64,000 nucleotides of DNA. It comes from a virus (lineage: Duplodnaviria > Caudoviricetes). A model generated the notes under the pieces. It was not told the DNA's origin, made no database searches, and saw nothing but the letters and a program-made list of their open reading frames with translations. The translations under genes and the position numbers were made by a program. This document shows, one piece after another, positions 46,703 through 53,782 of the stretch (positions within the stretch are counted from its first letter, which is position 1; each line of letters starts with the position of its first letter). Where the stretch lies: IMG/VR virus record IMGVR_UViG_3300047576_000027, positions 43,604-107,603 of that record, one strand, 5' to 3'.

Positions 46703-47056
46703 CTGCACCAGATATCTGGAGTTACTGCACCAGATTCCGCCAAAAATCCAAATCTGGTGAAGTCCTTTGTTTTCAATAAGATAACCTAGAAAATAAACCA
46801 GTTCACCAGTTTCACCCGACGCGGCCGCTCATCTCTATATAGTCTATATACTCTCACATGTATAAGTAAGTACAGTTTGTATTGAGAAGGTATGGCTACA
46901 TTAGAGATTAGTCTATAAATACTTAAAGTGGAGTAATATCTAGGTTACAAGATAGATCCTAAAGGACTTATCGTTGCACCAGAATTCACGCTGCACAGGA
47001 TTGGCGGTCGGAAATCCCGTGCAGTGAATATTGAGTCACGTAGAATCAACAACTTA
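46703..47056. repeat. Iteron array around AT-rich core, putative replication origin
   Basis: CTGCACCAGAT x2, inverted ATCTGGTGAAG, GTTCACCAGT, TTGCACCAGA, CTGCACAGGAT/ATCCCGTGCAG; IHF consensus at 47044-47056. Confidence 0.6.
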
Positions 47057-47142
47057 CGTAGCTTCCGTGTGGAGTCCCAGTACGCGGTGATAGATATTAC
47101 AGTGTTGACAAGTGCATATGGATATGGATTAGACTGTCAAGT

Positions 47143-47274
47143 ATGAATACATCTCACTTGGATGCCCTCGAATTGAGAATTGTTGCTGCGGTGGTGTTGA
47201 TTTTGTTGCTGCTGGCGGGCGGTCTTTTCCTCGTATTGAGCGACAACGGCTGGATTGCGGAGATAGGAATATGA
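47143..47274 (+). CDS. Small single-TM protein (43 aa, not in ORF track)
   Basis: IVAAVVLILLLLAGGLFLVL; ATGA coupling to next gene. Confidence 0.55.
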   Translation: MNTSHLDALELRIVAAVVLILLLLAGGLFLVLSDNGWIAEIGI

Positions 47275-47522
47275 GACTAACGCCAGATCAAATCCTCACG
47301 GCAGCCGAATGGCTTGATGTAAACGAGGGGGAAGACGGTGAAGCAACGGCCTGCCATGCGGTTGCAGCTTGGCTGACAGCATTGGCTGTCAAACGCAAAA
47401 CGGATAGTGCTGTCCGGAGCATCGCGCGGCAGACAGGCAGGTCGCTACGTGAGTCGCGGGTAGCACTGAAGAGAGGACTGGAGAGAGGACTGGAGAGATC
47501 GAGTCAGCCATGCCACGACTAA
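47271..47522 (+). CDS. Hypothetical protein
   Basis: Coupled operon. Confidence 0.55.
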   Translation: MRLTPDQILTAAEWLDVNEGEDGEATACHAVAAWLTALAVKRKTDSAVRSIARQTGRSLRESRVALKRGLERGLERSSQPCHD

Positions 47523-47806
47523 CCGTCGTAGTCGAATTCCCTATTGCCGTCGATCACACCCAGTTAACCGCGCACTTGGCCAGGATCGGCATGAAAGTAC
47601 TGGAGATCAGGGAGAACGCGCGCCGTAAAACCGACAAGTGGGTCATTTTGAAAGTGCTGGAGATGGCCCACAAAGGCGTGAAACAGAAGGACATTGCCAG
47701 ACGGCTGAATGTGAGCACGGCGTCGGTGTCGAAGTGGGTTAACGAGGATTTGAAGCGTGCCGGCGCGCGTGCTGCACACGTTAGCGAGGATTTAAGGAGG
47801 AAGTAA
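47510..47806 (+). CDS. Small beta-alpha-beta + HTH protein (paralog 2)
   Basis: GVKQKDIARRLNVSTASVSKWV. Confidence 0.75.
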   Translation: MPRLTVVVEFPIAVDHTQLTAHLARIGMKVLEIRENARRKTDKWVILKVLEMAHKGVKQKDIARRLNVSTASVSKWVNEDLKRAGARAAHVSEDLRRK

Positions 47807-48084
47807 TGCTACTGAACATCATCATCGAATGCGATAAGCGACCGGACACGGATACGCTGATATCCCACGTCGAGAAGTTGGGAGTGAAGGTCAAAGCAAT
47901 CACGCCGAGCTTGCTGACGGTTGACCACAGGCGCACGGCACCGGCTGTTATCGATAAGGCTGTTGAGATGTACGAATCCGGCTTGGGTTGCAGCGACATC
48001 GCACACAGCATGGGGATCAGTCTTTCCAGGGTCCAGAACTACGTCCGAAAAAATCTCGGTCGGTATGAGGCGATTCTCCGCTAA
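47806..48084 (+). CDS. Small beta-alpha-beta + HTH protein (paralog 3)
   Basis: EMYESGLGCSDIAHSMGISLSRVQNYV. Confidence 0.75.
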   Translation: MLLNIIIECDKRPDTDTLISHVEKLGVKVKAITPSLLTVDHRRTAPAVIDKAVEMYESGLGCSDIAHSMGISLSRVQNYVRKNLGRYEAILR

Positions 48085-48293
48085 TGGCCCGCCCACGAAA
48101 AGACGCCGCACACGTCCGCCAAGTCCGTCAGGCCGCCGCGCATAAGCGCTGGGACAGACTCAGTGCGCCGGAGAGGCAGGCAGCGCTACGGCCTGCTATT
48201 GCGGCAAGCCCGCTGACTAAGCCAGGGAGTCGCCGGCCGGTCGGTGGATTGTCTGTCAGTGATAATTTTACAAACGTTGACAAATCTTGGTAG
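48084..48293 (+). CDS. Small basic DNA-binding-like protein
   Basis: MARPRK...RWDRLSAPER. Confidence 0.5.
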   Translation: MARPRKDAAHVRQVRQAAAHKRWDRLSAPERQAALRPAIAASPLTKPGSRRPVGGLSVSDNFTNVDKSW

Positions 48294-48312
48294 CGGTGAA
48301 GAAAAATAGTTG

Positions 48313-48342
48313 TTGACACGTGCATTTAGCACGTGATATCCT
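48313..48342 (+). promoter_or_regulatory. Early promoter with palindromic operator
   Basis: TTGACA; CACGTGC-ATTTA-GCACGTG. Confidence 0.6.
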
Positions 48343-48387
48343 TTTCTCATAAGCAGGCTGGTGACGGCCTGAAGAAGGAGAAAAGAG

Positions 48388-48858
48388 ATGCAACCGATCT
48401 GGGAATACGTGGCCAATCTTGGCGACATCGACGTAGCAAAATACGGCGGATTCATTGTCTACCGGGATACCACGGGAGTATATCCTCCCGAAGTGGAAAT
48501 CTATGAACCATCCGAAGATGAGAATGGCGGCATGATGTATCGCTTTTCTCTCAATCCTCCACGATTCAAGACTTTGAACGCTGGCCAATGGGATTCAAGC
48601 AATCCGAAGAATATGCACTGGCACCGTGAATGGTTCGCACAGAAGGATAAGCTGGAATCGGCCGCCAGCACTTCCGGTATCACTCCGATGGAGTTATTGC
48701 GGGACTTGCACAGTAAAGATCCTGTTCGCCGGGCGCTTGGATATCAGGCACTCATCGCAAATTTCGGACCCTTTGAGTTTGACCAATACCCGGTTAAACT
48801 CACGGAGTCCGAAGCTCAGGAGCGTTACCAGGTCGGTTATTTACAGGCGGTGCGGTAA
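48388..48858 (+). CDS. Early hypothetical protein
   Basis: RBS AAGGAG. Confidence 0.65.
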   Translation: MQPIWEYVANLGDIDVAKYGGFIVYRDTTGVYPPEVEIYEPSEDENGGMMYRFSLNPPRFKTLNAGQWDSSNPKNMHWHREWFAQKDKLESAASTSGITPMELLRDLHSKDPVRRALGYQALIANFGPFEFDQYPVKLTESEAQERYQVGYLQAVR

Positions 48859-49064
48859 TGCAGACTTCCCACAAAGGCATCCAGCCATTCAGCACAGCGC
48901 GCGAAGCGCTGACCTTCATGGCCTCAGCGGACGGATACCTTACCGTCCTGCACGGCAACTACGAATGCACCGTGCCGATGTCCGGCTACCCGCAACAGGC
49001 GCAAGAGGCTCTGGACCGTATCAACGATCCTTGGCCCGCCGACTGCGTTCAGTCGATTCGCTGA
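48858..49064 (+). CDS. Early hypothetical protein
   Basis: TAATG coupling. Confidence 0.55.
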   Translation: MQTSHKGIQPFSTAREALTFMASADGYLTVLHGNYECTVPMSGYPQQAQEALDRINDPWPADCVQSIR

Positions 49065-49096
49065 CTCATTTACGAAAAGCAGAGGAGAAAACTAAC

Positions 49097-49460
49097 ATGG
49101 AAATCTACACACCCGGCATTAAAGAAATCGCATATGAATGCGCCGGCTTCGCTCAGGACAATTTCGACCGTGAGGATTCCGAGGGGTGGCAATTACGCCC
49201 TGACGCCTGAAGCTATCTGGCAGGAATGGCACGCTAAGGACGCCGTGGAGCCTCCTGCGATGCCGTGGCAATTCCCCGCTGAATACTATTATCAGTGCGA
49301 GCGTATCGGCGGGGCGGACTTCGCGGATGATATCAGGCGGTTGTCGGGTTCGTCAGTAGACGATGTCGATCCGCGCGATGAGATGGAAGCCGCTTTTGAC
49401 CGCGCTGCGGAATTGCAGTGTCCCGCATTCGTGCCGGATGTGCGCGGAGAGGAAGTATAA
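49097..49460 (+). pseudogene. Acidic early protein with apparent +1 frameshift at ~49183
   Basis: RBS GAGGAG + MEIYTPG...DSEG continues as GGNYALTPEAIW in the +1 frame. Confidence 0.55.
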
Positions 49461-49464
49461 GCCC

Positions 49465-49656
49465 GTGAACAACCCACAACCCACCATTGATCGCGCCCTC
49501 GCCGAAGCATTGCTGGTCGAAGCCCGCGAAGCTCAGACCGCGTACTGGGACGTTCTGGGCAGGCTCGAAGAAGCTCTCGGCGGAATCGCCGTCGACCAGA
49601 ACGCAGACCTCGAAGACGCCGATATCGAATCCCTTCTCGACGGAGATCCGGTATAG
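49465..49656 (+). CDS. Small acidic protein
   Basis: GTG start; D/E-rich C-terminus. Confidence 0.55.
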   Translation: MNNPQPTIDRALAEALLVEAREAQTAYWDVLGRLEEALGGIAVDQNADLEDADIESLLDGDPV

Positions 49657-49668
49657 GGGAGAAGCAGA

Positions 49669-49869
49669 ATGAAATCACTCACGCTGAATGAACTGACCGA
49701 ACTCCAAGCCGTTGTGACCGGCGATTACTCGTATATCTCGCAGGGGCACAACAAAACCGTCATATACATCGCACACTGGCCCAGCAACCGGCACGTAACG
49801 CTCCGCCATTGCGACAACTACACCAATACCCGGATGGCGTGGCTGGACCAGCGGCCGTACGCTGCATAG
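49669..49869 (+). CDS. Hypothetical protein
   Basis: RBS GGGAGA. Confidence 0.55.
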   Translation: MKSLTLNELTELQAVVTGDYSYISQGHNKTVIYIAHWPSNRHVTLRHCDNYTNTRMAWLDQRPYAA

Positions 49870-49970
49870 TCCGGACTTCCGGACGTGCCTGCACGGTAAT
49901 GCGTGCGGGCTCGCCCGAGATAGTTGGGACGGGACGATAAAGCCCGAATCCATCGGGCAGGAGAAAAAAA

Positions 49971-51428
49971 GTGAATACCAAGAATCCCGGCGCGCAACTC
50001 ATCGAGCGCGCGCAAAAAACAGGAAGTTCTGCCGCCACGGCAAAAGGCGCATTCCGCGCACTGGTCGCCAAACTCAAGATTATGCCTGACGTTTTCGCGA
50101 TGGCGAAACGGGAGAAAAGGACGACGACGCGCGCGGCCTGGTATGCCGCGCAGCATAAACGCCGCGCCGATGCTCGCTATGAGCCGATGGCCGCAAAACA
50201 GGCCAAGTCCCTGCGACTGCCCACGCGGGACATGCTCGCATCGTGCAAGCGACTGCCAGCCGGCTTGACCGCTGCCGAGCGCGCATCCATCCAACCGATG
50301 CGCGAAGCGGTAACTGCCTGGCGAGCCAGACCGCTCTACGTTCGCGCTTATTTTTCCACTCCGAATGGCGTACCGGACAAAGAGCGGAAATTGGCCGAGG
50401 TGCACAAAGGCTACATGGGAGAGTCCCCCATTTGCGCCCGGTATGCGGAATACAATTACGCTTGGGGTGCGCTGCGCGTCCACTCGCCCGGTAAATGCGT
50501 GCTCCCGTCCAGCGTCGGAATGCGGGAGACTGGCAGTAATCGGGACTGGACCAAGCGCAGCACCCTGGACCGCAAGGCAAACTATTTCCTCGCTTACCCG
50601 CGCGTGGAAGATCGCGAAACGAAGGGCGCGTGGACTGGCTACCTCGTGGTTCCAACCGCATACCGGCAGCCGAATAAAGAGCTCGTCATCAAGCGCAGTA
50701 AGCACCATATCTGCATACCGGGTATGATGCGCGCCGATGTCCCCATCACGAAGGGCGACGGCAGGCGCGTCTGGCCCGCACATATTCAGCGCCGGATTCT
50801 CTCGATCATCGCGCCTGCCCCTATCTCGTTTTCCGCCGTGCGGACGGGCGGTGCGAAAAAGGCAGCCATATCCGGCGCTCTCCTCGCCGATCACGCAGTG
50901 TCTGGTATGTGGCTGACCAGCGATGCTTACACTGCTCGCGAGGTTCGCGAGTGGCTCAAGACCGAGCTGAATCGCGCACTGGCGCATCCCGCGCGCCTCT
51001 CAAGCGATCTGTATGTACTTCCGTCCGTTGATGCGGATATGGTTACACGCCACGACGCCACGGGAGCACAAACCGGCGTGGCCGTTCGCCGGGACTATGG
51101 CTGGGAGCACGGGGTAGACCGTGCCGAGTGCGACCGGGAAACCGCGCGGAAAACTGAGATCGCCGCGCAGCGGGCGCGTGAAGCAAGAGCGACGGCTAAA
51201 CAGCAGCGCCGTGAGCGGTTGTTTGCGCGACTGGCAACTATACCGGTCCGCGCAGAAATGGTTCGGGCTGAGGGCGCGTGTATGGCTGGTATCGAGTCCT
51301 GGTGCCGGGCGCACGGCAAAAGCGTGGGAGAGACAGTGCCTCTCCGCACGCTCGCGAGCGACAACCAGGCACGGGCGTACGCGCTGCGGATTGCCCATCG
51401 AATCCTTGCCTCGCAGGTGAACGCATGA
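49971..51428 (+). CDS. Large Arg/Ala-rich hypothetical protein
   Basis: RBS AGGAG; C-terminal GACMAGIESWC motif. Confidence 0.65.
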   Translation: MNTKNPGAQLIERAQKTGSSAATAKGAFRALVAKLKIMPDVFAMAKREKRTTTRAAWYAAQHKRRADARYEPMAAKQAKSLRLPTRDMLASCKRLPAGLTAAERASIQPMREAVTAWRARPLYVRAYFSTPNGVPDKERKLAEVHKGYMGESPICARYAEYNYAWGALRVHSPGKCVLPSSVGMRETGSNRDWTKRSTLDRKANYFLAYPRVEDRETKGAWTGYLVVPTAYRQPNKELVIKRSKHHICIPGMMRADVPITKGDGRRVWPAHIQRRILSIIAPAPISFSAVRTGGAKKAAISGALLADHAVSGMWLTSDAYTAREVREWLKTELNRALAHPARLSSDLYVLPSVDADMVTRHDATGAQTGVAVRRDYGWEHGVDRAECDRETARKTEIAAQRAREARATAKQQRRERLFARLATIPVRAEMVRAEGACMAGIESWCRAHGKSVGETVPLRTLASDNQARAYALRIAHRILASQVNA

Positions 51429-51640
51429 GCCATGACCGTGCCGGATGGCGAGAGAGGAAACGGGATGGCGCAAAGTCATCCCGTCCGCGCGGCGGGCAGC
51501 CGGGCGCGAGGAATGTCGGGAAGATCCGGGACTTGATTGGCCAGACGTTCGGGCAGCTCACCGTGACAGTGTTCGCGGGGCGCGAACCTGAACACGGCCA
51601 TAACCTCGACGCCAGGGCGTTATCCGACTCTGCGTGCTGA
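51425..51640 (+). pseudogene. Remnant of HNH/AP2-type homing endonuclease
   Basis: RDLIGQTFGQLTV N-terminal motif without nuclease domain. Confidence 0.45.
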
Positions 51641-51691
51641 ATTATAGAGAGCGCGGCAACCCCGCGCCCTGAAAGGAGGGTGACTGATGAG

Positions 51692-51782
51692 AAAGTAAGC
51701 GGAGAGCGCGCCTGCCTTGAGGAGTCGGGCGCGTAACGCACCACTCGAAAAGAGTGCCGGATCTCAAGCTCCGGATGCGTTT
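51692..51782 (+). ncRNA. Twister-like self-cleaving ribozyme (P5-type permutation)
   Basis: GCG-GAGAG-P1(CGCGCCTG/CGGGCGCG)-TAA-CGC-P3(CACTC/GAGTG)-P4(CCGGA/TCCGG) with loop TCTCAAGC. Confidence 0.7.
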
Positions 51783-51797
51783 AAGGGGAAAAAGACA

Positions 51798-52007
51798 ATG
51801 CCAAAGTTTAACGTAAAAATAGACCGTTCGCGCGTCACCGAATCGTCAGTTGAGATTGAAGTCTCTGCAAAAGACGAATGTGCCGCGCAGGAGAAAGCCG
51901 AGAAGATGGTAGAGAAAGCTATCGTGAAGGGTGATTGCGATTCTGAGTTTGACTGGGAAGAGACGAACACAGATGACAGCTATGAATATGAGGTGACTAA
52001 GTTATGA
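51798..52007 (+). CDS. Small acidic protein (DpnD/PcfM-like)
   Basis: MPKFNVKI...IEVSAKDECAAQEKA. Confidence 0.6.
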   Translation: MPKFNVKIDRSRVTESSVEIEVSAKDECAAQEKAEKMVEKAIVKGDCDSEFDWEETNTDDSYEYEVTKL

Positions 52008-52240
52008 AAACAGTCCACTTCATTAACCATGATCACCCGGCCGCTAAAGCCGCCCAAATCACATCAGACGCCATGCGGCGCGCCTACGCCGAAGCCCGCG
52101 CGAAACAAACCAGGCGCGAGACTCAGGCCGCTCGCCGGAAAGCACTCTCCGCGCTGGCCAAAATCGAGAGCGTTCACGCTTACGTTTCTGCCACGCTGGC
52201 GACTACGCCCGATGCGTGGTATACGCGGGAGGTGAGGTAA
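52004..52240 (+). CDS. Hypothetical protein
   Basis: ATGA coupling. Confidence 0.55.
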   Translation: MKTVHFINHDHPAAKAAQITSDAMRRAYAEARAKQTRRETQAARRKALSALAKIESVHAYVSATLATTPDAWYTREVR

Positions 52241-52461
52241 TGAGCATGTGGACAGACGCATTGACGGATGAGCGCGTGGCCGAAGCAAAAACCGTCTATC
52301 AGGCACTGGAGCGGATCGGCTGGAATGGCTTGTCACGGAACGACCGCAATATTCTTCAGGTGCTCGGATACCTCACGCTGGAACGGGACGATATCTCGCT
52401 CGAACGTCTGTGTGAGGCTGATATCGGTGAGTTGCACGCGGATGATGAGGGGGATGACTAA
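52240..52461 (+). CDS. Hypothetical protein
   Basis: RBS GAGGTGAGG. Confidence 0.55.
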   Translation: MSMWTDALTDERVAEAKTVYQALERIGWNGLSRNDRNILQVLGYLTLERDDISLERLCEADIGELHADDEGDD

Positions 52462-53009
52462 TGGGAGTCTCCTGCCGAATCACGATGCCGAACAACGTCC
52501 GCATCAGAGACGTCGCGAATGCAATTGGAATCCTCGCGGGACTGAAGCCGGTTGAAACGCCGATTAACGGCGGTTTCTTCTTCGATGTCCCTGGTGTCGA
52601 AGTAAAAGCCTGTGGAGATTTTCTTGCCGATTGCGCGCACATCAATCTCAAGGCCCCGGCGGGCGAGAAGCTGATCGACGGATCGGCCGCTCACTCCACG
52701 ATGTACCATTTCGAGTTCGACGTTCCTGCGCCTGATCCCGATATCCATGAGCAGTCACGAGGCATGATCCCGCCGTCTACGCCGTTCTGGTGTGCGGTAG
52801 GGTTGCGCCTGGTGAAACTGTTCGGCGGCTCATTTTGCGCGACGGATACGGGCTATCACGAAGAAACTCAATGGTCGAGTGCCGCTCACTGGCTCAACGG
52901 CGCATCAAATGGTGCGGCTTGGGGCCAGCAGCAACGCCGGATATTCGAGCTTGGCCCGGTGACAAAGGCGGAGATTGAGGCCGCGCGCGGGATGGCGGCG
53001 TATAAATGA
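52461..53009 (+). CDS. Hypothetical protein
   Basis: TAATG coupling; 182 aa. Confidence 0.6.
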   Translation: MGVSCRITMPNNVRIRDVANAIGILAGLKPVETPINGGFFFDVPGVEVKACGDFLADCAHINLKAPAGEKLIDGSAAHSTMYHFEFDVPAPDPDIHEQSRGMIPPSTPFWCAVGLRLVKLFGGSFCATDTGYHEETQWSSAAHWLNGASNGAAWGQQQRRIFELGPVTKAEIEAARGMAAYK

Positions 53010-53161
53010 CTATCAGGATTGAGCGGAACAAAAGTATCATGATGTGGCGGTATACAGCCACACTCAAGGATGGCTCGCAGCACAATGCGAATTCCATTTC
53101 TGGCCTGCTGAAGAAGATCAGGATGGAACTGGAGAAAGCAGATGAGGAAGGAAAATTATGA
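53006..53161 (+). CDS. Small hypothetical protein (51 aa)
   Basis: ATGA coupling at both ends. Confidence 0.5.
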   Translation: MTIRIERNKSIMMWRYTATLKDGSQHNANSISGLLKKIRMELEKADEEGKL

Positions 53162-53554
53162 CTTACCGTTTTGAATATCAACCGAATGAGGAATTCGTAA
53201 CGATTCACTTGTCCGTGCGTGGTATCGGAAAAGTACGTGGGGAGCACTGACCGCGAGATTCCGGAGGACGCAAAGCTCCTGTTTGGAATCGTATCGAAAG
53301 CCGATGGCGTGTGTGAAGTAACCTTCAATCAGTACGAAATAAGGCTGAAAAGAGGGCGCGTATTCACCAGGGAATTTGTCCTGAAAGGTGTTATGGGTAT
53401 GCTGGCCGCGTACTACAACGACGAGACTCCCGAGCAGTTGCCGGACATCAGAAGCGATATCGAATACCGGAAGTGCCCGGAGTGTGCTCGCGTGCAGGAA
53501 GAGATGTGGCGAGGCATCGCGACCGATATGCCTCACTTATGGGCTGACGAGTGA
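53158..53554 (+). pseudogene. NifU-N-like small protein with apparent frameshift at ~53218
   Basis: MTYRFEYQPNEEFVTIHLSV joins VSEKYVG...GVCEVTFNQYEIRLKRGRVF in the +1 frame. Confidence 0.45.
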
Positions 53555-53763
53555 CCATCACCCGCTCTCAGGCCGAAACTCTGTTGGCCGCTCTCGCTGT
53601 GGCTCAGGAACGGGAGAAGTCCCTCGCGGAATCACTGAGTCACAGCACGTATGACCCGGAGGATATCAGACAATGCGGTCTGGCACGTGAGCGCACGCGC
53701 AGATATGAGACGCTGGCGCGGGTTATTGAGGGGAATTTGAGAAGGAGAGAAACGAGGATATGA
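53551..53763 (+). CDS. Hypothetical protein
   Basis: GTGA coupling. Confidence 0.5.
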   Translation: MTITRSQAETLLAALAVAQEREKSLAESLSHSTYDPEDIRQCGLARERTRRYETLARVIEGNLRRRETRI

Positions 53764-53782
53764 TGCGGGATCTCTCACTCGC

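Noticed and set aside
46703-47030. CRISPR array
   Set aside because: Repeats are ~11 bp, irregularly spaced and in both orientations; no cas genes
49818-50987. 389-aa minus-strand ORF
   Set aside because: Antisense to the 485-aa plus-strand gene, which has an RBS and fits the operon direction
51684-51750. Hammerhead ribozyme core (CTGATGAG...CTCGAAA)
   Set aside because: Stem II has only 2 bp and stem I cannot form; the twister fold explains the sequence better
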